A stretch of DNA of 45,828 nt, taken from positions 1 to 45,828 of the forward strand of contig JACPHN010000083.1 of assembly GCA_016188575.1 (NCBI GenBank). The letters run 5' to 3'. Positions 1 to 10,167 of this stretch are shown here, in pieces (the stretch's first letter is position 1; every line of letters starts with the position of its first letter). Both the position numbers and the translations under genes were made by a program. Under the pieces are notes generated by a model that saw only the letters and a program-made list of their open reading frames with translations, was not told the DNA's origin and searched no databases. The stretch is from Candidatus Schekmanbacteria bacterium (GTDB lineage: Bacteria > CSSED10-310 > JACPHN01).

Positions 1-97
1 CGCACTCGAACGACTCGACCACAGCGAGTGCGACGGTCGGAGCGGCGGTTACGGCGATGGCGCAAACGCTCGCCGCCACCGCAAGGCAAGACCCCAC

Positions 98-116
98 AGA
101 GAGAGAGAGAGAGAGA
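98..116. repeat. (AG)9 dinucleotide microsatellite
   Basis: Direct read of 'agagagagagagagagaga' in the otherwise gene-poor leader region. Confidence 0.9.
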
Positions 117-1040
117 CATGACGCGCCGCGGCATTCGGACTTCCTCCGATCAGACCCGTTGCCCTGGATGCTAGCTCGCCCCCGCGAACGATGCAAGCGG
201 CGAGCCGTAAGCCTTACCCACAGATCCTTCAGCACGTCCGGCCGATGGCGCAATGCCACATCCTTGTCCGCACCCCTGGCACTGGCGGAGCATCTGGTAG
301 GGATGGGCAGGGTGCGCCGAAGCCCTGGCGAAGCGGTCAGGCAGGACCCGAGGTTTGGTCGCGACGTGGTGGTCGCTCGTCACGCCGAACGCTGCGGAGG
401 CGCTCGGCGGCGTCATCCGGCTCCACACCGCACACAAATAGATCGAGCCCCCAGTCGAAACCGTGCGCCGGTCCCCACTGGCGGCGTTGGTCGCTGCCTC
501 CCGGACGCCCGGCGGGACGCCGCACCTACCGGCGCCAGCTCGATGTGCCAATGATAGGCGACCCCAATGGTCCGCCAGTAGTCCCGAAGTTTTCAGTAGA
601 GAATTCGGGCCGGTGAGTCAGGGCTCGAGGGGGCCGGCCGAGCCCCCCGACAGTGCGGCGACGGCAGGGGACCTCGCGGCGGGGTCGGGGGCGGTAGACG
701 CAGGTCTGGGCGCGTAGTGTCGCGTTCGGATGGCAACTCGTGTGGGCGCGCCAAGCGCACAGCGAAGGGGTAGACGGGCGCAGTCCTGCCGGGTGCGCGC
801 TCGTGGTGAGACGGGCGCAAAGCCCTCACGCGTTACGTGTGTCCAGTGGTCATCCGCGCGGCCAGCGTTGCCTACGTGGGGTGCGACGCGATCGGTGCGT
901 GTGGGCGTGCTGCGGACCTGGCGCGAGCGTACTGGGCGTGCGCCAATGAGTGGCCCGGAATGTCGCCGCAGTCCCGTTTTTGGAGCAGTTAGCCTGAATA
1001 TACGAAGGCGAGCGAGGGCTTCGTCCCTGGTTTCGAGCAA

Positions 1041-1078
1041 CTGTTCACCTTCCTCCGCAAGCGGGGGGAGGTGAACAG
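1041..1078. repeat. GC-rich palindromic intergenic element, copy 1 (CTGTTCACCT-TCCTCCGCAAGCGGGGGGAGG-TGAACAG)
   Basis: A 10-bp perfect outer inverted repeat (CTGTTCACCT/AGGTGAACAG) flanks a G/C-run hairpin. The same architecture recurs at five other intergenic sites in the window. Confidence 0.7.
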
Positions 1079-1241
1079 GTACCCCGGATGTCGCACCGCC
1101 TTCAACTTCCGGCAAGTGTAAGCCACATCTTGCCCACGCTTGATTTCTCACCATAAAGCATCGTTGCGGAACGAGTGGGCGGGGGAAGGTCGGGGTGGGG
1201 GGTCTTTGTGATGCGCTTTCCGCGCGCCTGCGGTAGCGCCG

Positions 1242-3352
1242 GTGGTGGATTCGGGTGCTCCAATCATCTCCCTGATTGACCTGGGGTCTCCACCATCTCG
1301 CTCTTGCGTCCGGCGCGCCCGAGCCTTATGTATCCGTCAGCATGTTCCACAAGCCGGTTCGGAGCCCGGCGCGCGCCGCGCGGCTACCTTTTTGCGCGGA
1401 GCAAGACGGGCAATTGGTGTTGGCGTGGATGCAGAGCGGCAGAGGGATGCACTGGAGCTTTCGGTGTGCAGGATCCTGGACGCATACAGGATCCTCACAG
1501 GAGCGCGGGTTGGCTGTCTCGCGATTCTGGCCCCGAGCGAAGAGGGACCCGTTCTCGTCTGGAGCGGAGGTTCGAACCCGGCAGAGCCCTGTGTGGCAAC
1601 AGCCCGAGCGCCCTCAGCAGCACTCGCCGCCGTCCTGGCCGAGGGCAGGACAAGGTACGAAAACGCGCCCCGGCAACAGGATTGGGGCGACTTCTTTCGC
1701 GGCTTGCCCGTGCTACCAGCGAATGTGCTCGTCGCGCCGCTGAAGCTTGACGAGAAATCGCTTGGTTTCGTGGTGCTAGGCGAAAAGCCGCGGCCGTTCG
1801 ATGCCGGCGACATCCGCGCTTGTGAGTCACTTGCTTCTTCCGCCGCGGATGCTTGCCGGAGGGCTCGCCGCGACCTGTCTGCCGTGCGCAGGCTGGGTCT
1901 TGTTCAGCTCGAAGACGAACGCGATCGCCTGACGGCGATACTCGACTGCATCGATCTCCTCGTGTACGTGACCGACATGACGACGGCGGAGATCTTGTTC
2001 GTGAACACGTACGCGCGTCGTGTCTTCGGTAACGTGATCGGCAAGCGGTGCTGGGAGGCACTGCAGGAGGGACAGACCGGGCCGTGTGCTTTCTGCACCA
2101 ATGACAGGCTCCTCGACGCCTCGGGAGCGCCGGCTGGCACGGTGGTGTGGGAGTTTCAAAATACGCGTACGCATCGCTGGTATGAATGCCGGGACCAGGC
2201 CATTCGTTGGGTCGACGGGCGGCTGGTGCGCATGGAGGTCGCGGCGGACATCACCGAGCGCAAGCGGCTGGCAGAGCTGATCGTCGCCGCACAGCGCGAG
2301 GCGAGTATCGCTACCTTGGCAGGTGGTGTCGCTCACGATTTCAACAACATTCTGACCGCGGTCGAGGGATACTCGGAGCTCCTGTTGGAGAAGCTGAAGG
2401 ACGCCCCTGAGCTCCGGCGCCTGCGGTCCGCGAGACCGTTGCGGGGCTTCGTGGCGGGATCGCGCACGCGGTGTCAGTGGATCTGGATCTGCTAACTCCA
2501 TCTCCCGTCGTTTTCGGTGACGGCGTCAGAATTCGGCAAGCGATCGAGGCCGTCCTGCTCAACGCGGTGGAAGCCGTGCAGCGAACCGGTTGGATTCGCA
2601 TCACCACTGGGCTGGACGATCGCCCCGGCGAGCTGCTGGGTGGGGCGCCTTGCGGCCTGCCGGACGGAGCCCGCGTGGCAGTCATCACGATTGAAGACAG
2701 CGGCCCCGGCATGGATGAGAAGACTCTGGCACGGCTATTCGAGCCGTTTTTCACGACCAAATTCGTCGGCAGAGGGCTCGGGCTCGCCGCCGTGAGAGGT
2801 ATCATCAAGGCGCATCATGGAACGATTGACTGCGAATCCTGGCCGGGACGTGGGACACGCATCATAATGCGATTCCCACACCATACGGGTGCAGCTACCG
2901 GGGCGGCCAGGGGCGCGGCGGGCGCACCGAGCAATGTCCTCGTCGTCGGCGCCGATGATGCCGCGCGGGGGCTAGCGGGCCGCGTGCTGAGCCGGATGAA
3001 GCTCAGGCCGCTGTTCGCGCCGAATACCGCGGCGGCTCTGAGCATTCTGCACGAGATGAAGGATGACCTTCGCCTGATCATCGTCGATCTGGAGCTGCCA
3101 GGTGGCGGGGCCGCGATCCTGCTCGACATCGCCGCGGCAATGTCCGCACCTCCGGCGGCTCTCGTCTATACCGCGCTTGACCCCGTCGACGCGGCCGAGA
3201 TCAGTGCGCGACATGCGGGGTTCATTGCCGGCATTGCTCACAAGTCCGCGGGCCTCGCGGATTTCGGCAGGGGAATCGAGACGGCGCTCGAAGCGGGGCG
3301 CGACCGATCACCAGGGGCCGAGAGGCCGCTACAGGCGCTGCAGCAGGCGTAG
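1242..3352 (+). pseudogene. hybrid sensor histidine kinase (GAF-PAS-HisKA-HATPase_c-receiver) interrupted by an apparent 1-nt frameshift near 2420-2440
   Basis: Frame 0 (1242-2495) encodes GAF-like and PAS regions and the H-box 'GVAHDFNNILTAVEGYSELL'. Frame 2 is open from 2411 and encodes the N/G-box ATPase ('IEDSGPGMDEKTLARLFEPFFTTKFVGRGLGLAAV') and a receiver domain (DD pair, 'IIVDLELPG'). The H-box-to-N-box linker is split between the two frames. Confidence 0.6.
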
Positions 3353-3365
3353 CTGGCGTGGCCGG

Positions 3366-5042
3366 TCATCCCTTGCCCAGGATACCCAGAAGGCCGCCTT
3401 TCTTTTTCTTGCTCCCGCTCTGCAACCGGAGCGCCTCCGCGTAGAGCTTGCGGGCGAAGTCGTTTTCGGGTTCCCAGACGATAGCTCGTTTCAAGCTCCG
3501 CGCCGCCTCCTCGTAGTTCTCGGACTTGATGAGCAAGAGCCCGAGCTGTGCGTGGTAGTCCGATTCCGCGGGTTCGAGATCCACGGCTCGCCGGACGTAT
3601 TCGATGGCGTCGGCGAGGGTCTCCGCGTTTCTGGCCAGGAGGCCCCCGCACTTCACCGCCATCGGTGCGGTGGGATTGAGCGCGTACGCTTCCCGCAAGA
3701 CGCTGCGCGCCCTCTGGTGATTTCTCGCGGCGACCAGAGTGGCGGCGGCCTCGAGCGGGTCTCGGGCCGAGGCCGACGGCGGATGCGCGGCGGCGGCGGC
3801 GCGCGGCGTTGCGGCTGCTGGGCGCGGAACGGCCACGGGTGAGAACGCGGCGGGACGCCTCGATGCTTCCGCAGGCGCCGGCGGCTGCGGAAGCGCCAGT
3901 CGGAGAGACGGCGAAGGTCCCGGCGCAGGCGCCGGGAGGGCAGCGGGAGGGCCCAGCGCGATTACTCCGGACCGGGCGGGTCCGACGTGTGCCTCCGGGG
4001 ATTGCACGTCGGCCACGGAGTCATCCGGCGAAAGCTTGGGCAGGTCGCTCGGGAGCTCGACCGATGAATCCTCGGCTGGCGTCTCCGGCTCACGCTGCTG
4101 AAGGTCTTGCAACGTGGGCTTACCACGAAGCTGGCGCGGCACGTGATGGGCCGTGGCGACTATGGCATCGGCTCCTGTTGCGACCGCGCTCTCCACGTCG
4201 AAGGCGATCTCGAAAAACTCGTCGATGATCGACTCCGCATCGCTGTCCCCGGGCCAGGTCTCAGTTCCTTCGGAGATCTCTAGCTCCGCCTCCTCGGGCG
4301 TGGCGCTAGCCGCGGGCGGGACCGGTACCAGCGCCCCGGTAGCCAAGAAAGCGAACAACAGGCGCAGCGTTTCCTCACGCGCGAGTGGAGACTGAAGGAG
4401 GACATCGGCGATTGCCCGATTGCCATCAACGAGCTCCAGCACGGGCGGACCCGTTTCCCGGGAGCCCAGCGCCTCGATGAAATCGTCAGGAACTGGATTC
4501 TGGGAGCGCGCGAGCTTGCACTCGGGGCCGCCCACGAAATCCAGAAGGCGGTTCTCTCCGCGAATGCCCTTGACGTGGCGAGCCACCAGCTTGGAGGCCG
4601 GGATTCCCTTTATCGCCGGCAGATCTGGCGGTAGCGGGGCCGTCTCAAACGATGCGGTGGCCCTCGCCCAAGGCGCGATGTTCGCAACCAGCCAGTCGAT
4701 GTGCATGCGGATACAGCGCTCGAGCTCTTCCTGAGTCAGAAATCCCATACTGACCAGGAGAGAGCCGAGCTTCCCGAGCTTTTTGGACATCATCGGCGCG
4801 ACGCAGTCCAGAGCGACGGTATCGATGTGCCCGCGGTGGCGCAGGTAGGAGCCGAGCCACTCCTCGGGCTGCGTCGAAGAGGCGAAGAGGATCAGGCCGT
4901 GCTGAAGGAAAAGGGAGCGCACGAGGTTCCCTTCGCTGAGGACAAACAGGCCGGTTTCCTTGTGCTCGCCCAGCTCCCACAAGGCTCCATGAATCCCCGC
5001 CACCCCGAGTGGGGCCTCGGTGTTCTTGAAGTGCTGGCCCAT
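3366..5042 (-). CDS. DUF4388 (PATAN-like) domain protein with Pro/Ala-rich linker and C-terminal TPR repeats
   Basis: The N-terminus 'GALWELGEHKETGLFVLSEGNLVRSLFLQHGLILFA' fits the DUF4388 pattern and the C-terminus carries TPR-like helices. A GGAGG Shine-Dalgarno site 6 nt before the second ATG (MGQHF) favours a start at 5042. Confidence 0.6.
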   Translation of the reverse strand: MGQHFKNTEAPLGVAGIHGALWELGEHKETGLFVLSEGNLVRSLFLQHGLILFASSTQPEEWLGSYLRHRGHIDTVALDCVAPMMSKKLGKLGSLLVSMGFLTQEELERCIRMHIDWLVANIAPWARATASFETAPLPPDLPAIKGIPASKLVARHVKGIRGENRLLDFVGGPECKLARSQNPVPDDFIEALGSRETGPPVLELVDGNRAIADVLLQSPLAREETLRLLFAFLATGALVPVPPAASATPEEAELEISEGTETWPGDSDAESIIDEFFEIAFDVESAVATGADAIVATAHHVPRQLRGKPTLQDLQQREPETPAEDSSVELPSDLPKLSPDDSVADVQSPEAHVGPARSGVIALGPPAALPAPAPGPSPSLRLALPQPPAPAEASRRPAAFSPVAVPRPAAATPRAAAAAHPPSASARDPLEAAATLVAARNHQRARSVLREAYALNPTAPMAVKCGGLLARNAETLADAIEYVRRAVDLEPAESDYHAQLGLLLIKSENYEEAARSLKRAIVWEPENDFARKLYAEALRLQSGSKKKKGGLLGILGKG

Positions 5043-5059
5043 GCGGACCTCCACGTATG

Positions 5060-6112
5060 CTAGTTGTCACCGCCGGCAGACCGCGGGCTCGCCAGCGAGA
5101 CCCTGACACCCTCGGCTGCCGGTACCGTGTTGAGAATAGAAACGGCGACGCCGGCCTTGCGGAACGCCACGATCATCGCATCCGCGATCGCGGTTCGCAG
5201 CGGCGAATCCGGCGGCGTGAAGGGGGGCAGCACCACGATCGTGGTCGGCCCCGATCCGGAGAGGAAGACACCTGCGGCTCCCGTGTCCAGGGCAGCCTTT
5301 CGCGCCTTGCGGTAGCCCGGATTCAGCTCGTCCCGGAAGGGCTCGTGCATCCGGTCATCGAGTGCGGTGCGGAGCATGTTGGACCAATCGTCGGCGCCGC
5401 CGAGCGCGAGGTCAGAGTTGCTGCCGCCTGGGGTCTGGAGCAGAGCGGCCAGGAGCAATGCCGTCCGGCCGATATTGTGCACCGCGACTGCGAAGCCGAT
5501 CGACTCTGGAAGTACCTTGCGCGCCGCCGTGGTGGCGACCTCGCGGTCCGGCACCACCACCAGCAACTGCAACGGTGGCGGGGCGAAGCGCACGAACATG
5601 GGGCTGCCGCTGCCGTCCAGGATGCTCGCCGTCAGCCCGCCGACGAGGGCAGGAACGACCTGATCTGGATGCCCCTCGACCCGATGGGCGGCGCGCAGCA
5701 TGGTGAGATCATCGAGCTCTGGAGCGAACAGGTAGCGCAACGCGGCCAGCGTCCCCACGATCGCTGCCGCCGAGCTTCCCAGTCCGCGGCGCAGGGGGAT
5801 TCTATTGTCCATCTCGAACAGCAGGGGAGGTACACGCACGTGGGCGACGTCTTCCAATGCCTCCACGACGCGACCCAGGAACCGCTCGGCGTTGATCGTC
5901 AGCTCGTCCGCGCTATATCCCCGGGCGACGACCATGATCGGACGCGCGCCCGGCGCCGCCTCCTCGACGATCATCACGTTTCGCAGCTCCACGGCCATCC
6001 CCAAGACGTCAAAGGCCGGGCCGAGGTTGCCCGTCGTCGCCGGCACTTCAACCCTGACCCTTCGCGCTTCTACCACATCCCATCTCCCTCTTGACCAAGT
6101 CTCCGCTTGCAT
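5060..6112 (-). CDS. thrB: homoserine kinase (GHMP kinase family)
   Basis: The 'ATTGNLGPAFD' N-terminal motif and the GHMP ATP-binding motif 'PLRRGLGSSAAAIV' are both present. The true start may be an internal GTG near 6076. Confidence 0.8.
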   Translation of the reverse strand: MQAETWSRGRWDVVEARRVRVEVPATTGNLGPAFDVLGMAVELRNVMIVEEAAPGARPIMVVARGYSADELTINAERFLGRVVEALEDVAHVRVPPLLFEMDNRIPLRRGLGSSAAAIVGTLAALRYLFAPELDDLTMLRAAHRVEGHPDQVVPALVGGLTASILDGSGSPMFVRFAPPPLQLLVVVPDREVATTAARKVLPESIGFAVAVHNIGRTALLLAALLQTPGGSNSDLALGGADDWSNMLRTALDDRMHEPFRDELNPGYRKARKAALDTGAAGVFLSGSGPTTIVVLPPFTPPDSPLRTAIADAMIVAFRKAGVAVSILNTVPAAEGVRVSLASPRSAGGDN

Positions 6113-6170
6113 CTAATGATCCACACACCGAACCTAGTCCGAACGGAAGCTCCATTCAAGCAGGTGGATC

Positions 6171-7961
6171 ATGGCTGAGTACGACAGGAACCTGCCGCAA
6201 GTCTTTCTCGACCGCGTCTCGCGCATGCCCGATCGCACCGCTTTCCGCTTCAAGGAGCGCGGGGCATGGAAGGACGTTTCGTGGCACGACGCCGGCTCCA
6301 TTGCGGAGGAGATCGCCGCGGGGCTTATCATACGCGGCTTGCTCCCCGGGGACAAGGTGGCGCTCCTGGCTCAGACCCGGTATGAATGGGTGTTATGCGA
6401 CCTCGGTGCTCTCATGGCGGGAGCGGTGACTGTTCCCATCTACCCGTCGAACACCACGGCGCAGACCGCGTACATCCTCGGGGACAGTGACTGCCGGTTC
6501 GTTTTCTGCGATAACCGCGCGCAGCTCGACAAGGTCGCGCGCGGTCACGACGCGCTCCCCCACTTGCAGCTCGCCGTCATGATGGCGCCGGAAGCGCCGG
6601 TAGCCTGGACGACAACGCTCGAACACCTGCGCGAGGAGGGCGGAAACGCTCCCGAATCGGTCCGCACCGAGCTTCGGGCGCGTATCGCGGCAACCAAGCC
6701 CGACGCTCACGCTACCTATGTGTACACGTCGGGCACCACGGGGCCGCCCAAGGCAGTGATTCAGACTCACCGTAACCACGTCGCCATGACGACGAACCTC
6801 GCGCGCATCTCCGGCATAACCCCCGACGACGTCGAGCTCATCTATCTCCCCTTGGCGCATTCCTTTGCGCGCTGCCTGGAGTTCAATCACATCGCCACTG
6901 GTCACGTGTTGGCTTTTGCCGAATCCATCGACAAGGTAATCGACAATCTCCAGGAAGTGCGGCCGACCGTCATGGGCAGCGTGCCGCGAATCTTCGAGAA
7001 AGCGCAGATCGCCATCGCGGAAAACGCCCAGGCCGGGTCGCCGGTGAAGGCACGTCTTTTTCAGTGGGCGCTGTCCGTTGGGCTGGACTATCGGGAACGG
7101 CAGCGCGAGCACCGTCCTATTTCTCTGGCCCTCGCCGCGCAGCATGCGCTCGCCGACCTGTTGGTCTTCTCACAGATCAGAGCGCTCTTTGGCGGGCGCA
7201 TTCGCTTCTTCGTCGCCGGCGGCGCTCCGCTGGCTCCCGACTTGGGGCGGTTTTTCCATGCGACCGGACTGCTGATTCGTGAGGGGTACGGTCTGACGGA
7301 GACCTGCCCGGCAACCCACATGAATCGCGAGGACGCGTTCAAGTTCGGCACTGTCGGCCCGGCGATCCCCGGCGTCGAGGTGCGCATCGCCGACGACGGG
7401 GAAATCCTGGTGCGAGGTCCCAACGTTTCGCAGGGCTACTTGGGCAAACCCGAGGCTACCGCAGAGGCGTTCGATGCCCGCGGATGGCTGCACACGGGTG
7501 ACGTCGGCGAGCTCGACGAGGAAGGTTTCCTGCGCATTACGGACAGGAAAAAGGACATCATCGTGACCTCGGCGGGGAAGAACATCGCCCCGCAAAACAT
7601 CGAGAACCTCTTGCGGGCTCATCGCCTCATTGGGCAGGCGCTGGTGTACGGAGACCAACGGAACTACCTGACCGCACTGATTGCCCTGGACCCCGAGGGA
7701 GCGCTGGCGTTTGCCAGCCAGAAGGGGCTCGGTACCACGGACCTTCAGGAGCTAGCCGAAAACGATGCGGTTCGCGAGGCCATCGGTGCGTGCGTGCATG
7801 AGGTGAATGAACAACTCGCCTCGTTCGAAAGCATCAAGAAGTTCCGCATCTTGCCGCACGGGCTGAGTGAAGCCGAAGGCGAGCTTACGCCCACGCTGAA
7901 GCTCAGGCGAAGCGCTGTGACGCTCAAGTATATGGATTTTCTGGATGCGATGTACGAGTAG
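6171..7961 (+). CDS. long-chain fatty acid--CoA ligase (AMP-dependent synthetase/ligase)
   Basis: The AMP-binding motif 'YTSGTTGPPKAV', 'GYGLTET' and 'ITDRKKDIIVTSAGKNIAPQNIE' identify a FadD-like enzyme. Confidence 0.85.
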   Translation: MAEYDRNLPQVFLDRVSRMPDRTAFRFKERGAWKDVSWHDAGSIAEEIAAGLIIRGLLPGDKVALLAQTRYEWVLCDLGALMAGAVTVPIYPSNTTAQTAYILGDSDCRFVFCDNRAQLDKVARGHDALPHLQLAVMMAPEAPVAWTTTLEHLREEGGNAPESVRTELRARIAATKPDAHATYVYTSGTTGPPKAVIQTHRNHVAMTTNLARISGITPDDVELIYLPLAHSFARCLEFNHIATGHVLAFAESIDKVIDNLQEVRPTVMGSVPRIFEKAQIAIAENAQAGSPVKARLFQWALSVGLDYRERQREHRPISLALAAQHALADLLVFSQIRALFGGRIRFFVAGGAPLAPDLGRFFHATGLLIREGYGLTETCPATHMNREDAFKFGTVGPAIPGVEVRIADDGEILVRGPNVSQGYLGKPEATAEAFDARGWLHTGDVGELDEEGFLRITDRKKDIIVTSAGKNIAPQNIENLLRAHRLIGQALVYGDQRNYLTALIALDPEGALAFASQKGLGTTDLQELAENDAVREAIGACVHEVNEQLASFESIKKFRILPHGLSEAEGELTPTLKLRRSAVTLKYMDFLDAMYE

Positions 7962-10167
7962 GCGGTGGCGTGATTTCGGCGTGGCAGGGGCGACGGCGTT
8001 GTCGGTAGCGCTACTGCTCGCGGCATGCGCTCAGGTATCGCGACCTCCGGCGCCGGCCGCGGGGGCGTCGACTGCCGCCGAGCTTCAGGCGTTCGCTCGC
8101 ATTCTGCGGGCCGAAGACGAGCGCGCCCCAGGTGGTGGCGAGGCGGCTGTGCTGCTGCGGGATGCGCGGCCGGAGATTCGGACGCGGGCCGCCCTGGCTC
8201 TGGGCCGCATCGGCGACGGTGCGACTTCAGCGCTACTGCTCGCTTCCTTGCGTGCAGACGAGCAACCGGCGGTTCGCGCCGCGGCCGCCTTCGCGCTCGG
8301 CGAGGTGGGGGAGAGCGACGCGTACCCTGCCGAGACCGAGCAGACCGCGGAGCTCGTCGCGCAAGGGCTGGCCGCGGCGCTGGACGACGGTGAAGAGCTG
8401 GTAGCGGCGCGCGCCGCGGAAGCTTTAGGGAAACGCGGGACGACGAGCACACTGCCGGCTCTGCTCGGGCATGCCGGCGGTTCCGCGGTGCAGCGCCGGC
8501 GCGCGGTGCTGCTGGCGCTGTGGCGGGTGAACATTCCGGATGACGACGCGGCGCTCCACCGCCGTCGCTCCGAGGTACTGGCGGCGGCGGCGCGCGCTCC
8601 CGAGCGCGAGGTGCGTTGGGCTGCCGGCTATTCGCTCATGAGGCTCGCTGAACCGGACATGATTTCCGCGCTGCTCGCTTTGGCGAGAGACGCCGACCCG
8701 GGGATTCGCGCGCTTGCCGCGGCGGGCCTCGGTCGCGTTCCGGCTTCCAGCGAGCCCGCGGGTTCGGACACCGTCGAGCCGGCTATGCTCACGGCTCTGG
8801 CGGATCAGGACGCTCACGTCCGGGTCGCGGCGATCCGTTCGCTCGGCCGGCGGCCGACGGCATCTGGCTTCACGGCGCTCGCCCGGCTGCTTGCCGACGC
8901 CAACCGCCATGTCTTGCGAGCGACCGTTGTGGCGCTGGGACGCGCTGCACCGGCAATCCGCAAGGACCTCACCGCCGAAATGACGGCGCCGGTCGTCGCG
9001 CGACTCAAAGCCATGATCGCCGCCCCGCCGTCACTGCCGGAAACTCAGGAAGCGGCAACCAGCATCGCACAGGTTCTCGGACCGGAGTCGCGACCGTACT
9101 GGCGCGAGCTGGCCACGAGCGAGGTGGCATCAGCTCGGCTCGCCGCGGCCGCCGGGCTGTCGGCATTGGGTAAGGACGGAGACATCGGCGAGCTTCTCGG
9201 GCTGGTTCAGGACGCGGACCCCGGTGTCGCCATGCAGGCCATGGACGGTATCACGGCGACTTTGGGGAGGAGCTCGACGGTGCCGGCCGAAAAGGCAACA
9301 GCGAATGGCCTTATGAACCTCTTTTCGAGCCGTAACCGCGAGGGGCGCGGCGCCGCTATCGGGATGCACCGGCGGCTACGGGACGACAATCCGTATGTGC
9401 GTGCCGCGGCCACCGCCGCGCTTGCCAAACTCGACCACGAGGACGTTGCGGCGTTCATCTTCGAGGCCCTCGAGCGGGCGCACGCCGATGCGGAGCCGGA
9501 TGCGAAGACGGCAGCTTTCGAGGCGCTTGCCGAGGTCACTCTCGGTGATGGCGATCGGGTCACCGCGGAAACTCTCGCGCGACGGGCACTCGGTGAGGAC
9601 GAAAACTACCTCGTGCGGCGTGCGGCCGCTCGCTTCCTGGCGCATCTCGGGGTGCCCGCGGTGGCGGACGCCCGTCCGGTCCGCGTCGGGCGCTCCCTGC
9701 AGGACTACGCGGCGCTGCTCGCCGCTCCGCGGTCGCAGCTTCGCCTCGCCACGTCCGCGGGTGATATCGTCGTCCGCTTGCTGCCTGGCGATGCGCCGAT
9801 CACGGTCGCGAATTTCGTCCGTCTCGCCCGCGCACGGTATTTTGACGGCCAAGTTTTCCACCGCGTGGAGCCGTCGTTCGTGGTCCAGGGGGGAGATCCT
9901 GAAGGCACCGGCTGGGGCGGTCCGGGATTCAGTCAGCGCTGCGAGGTGAACGGCGTGCCGTTTACCCGTGGCACAGTTGGCATGGCGCTGTCCGGCAAGG
10001 ATACCGGCGGCAGCCAGTTCTTCATTGCGCACACACCTCAACCACATCTGGACGGCGGCTACACGGTTTTTGGTCAGGTGGTCTCGGGAATGGATGTTGT
10101 CGATCGCCTGAATCCCGGCGACAGGATCCTGCGCGTTTCCGTCGAGGATGACTCTACAGGAAGGTGA
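7945..10167 (+). CDS. HEAT/PBS-lyase-repeat lipoprotein with C-terminal cyclophilin-type peptidyl-prolyl isomerase domain
   Basis: Signal peptide with lipobox 'LLLAAC'. The central region is Ala/Leu-rich HEAT-like repeats. The C-terminus ('FHRVEPSFVVQGGDPEGTGWGGPGF...GGSQFFIAHTPQPHLDGGYTVFGQVVSGMDVV') matches a cyclophilin PPIase. Confidence 0.75.
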   Translation: MRCTSRRWRDFGVAGATALSVALLLAACAQVSRPPAPAAGASTAAELQAFARILRAEDERAPGGGEAAVLLRDARPEIRTRAALALGRIGDGATSALLLASLRADEQPAVRAAAAFALGEVGESDAYPAETEQTAELVAQGLAAALDDGEELVAARAAEALGKRGTTSTLPALLGHAGGSAVQRRRAVLLALWRVNIPDDDAALHRRRSEVLAAAARAPEREVRWAAGYSLMRLAEPDMISALLALARDADPGIRALAAAGLGRVPASSEPAGSDTVEPAMLTALADQDAHVRVAAIRSLGRRPTASGFTALARLLADANRHVLRATVVALGRAAPAIRKDLTAEMTAPVVARLKAMIAAPPSLPETQEAATSIAQVLGPESRPYWRELATSEVASARLAAAAGLSALGKDGDIGELLGLVQDADPGVAMQAMDGITATLGRSSTVPAEKATANGLMNLFSSRNREGRGAAIGMHRRLRDDNPYVRAAATAALAKLDHEDVAAFIFEALERAHADAEPDAKTAAFEALAEVTLGDGDRVTAETLARRALGEDENYLVRRAAARFLAHLGVPAVADARPVRVGRSLQDYAALLAAPRSQLRLATSAGDIVVRLLPGDAPITVANFVRLARARYFDGQVFHRVEPSFVVQGGDPEGTGWGGPGFSQRCEVNGVPFTRGTVGMALSGKDTGGSQFFIAHTPQPHLDGGYTVFGQVVSGMDVVDRLNPGDRILRVSVEDDSTGR

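Noticed and set aside
57-1154. Several 60-180-aa ORFs in both strands at the window start
   Set aside because: Mutually overlapping, low-complexity (R/P/A/G-rich), with no Shine-Dalgarno sites or motifs. Treated as non-coding.
3739-4228. Plus-strand ORFs antisense to the Pro/Ala-rich linker of the DUF4388-TPR gene
   Set aside because: Mirror-image low-complexity translation of the Ala/Pro linker.
5057-6094. 345-aa plus-strand ORF antisense to thrB
   Set aside because: The minus strand encodes homoserine kinase with GHMP motifs. The plus-strand translation is Arg-rich noise.
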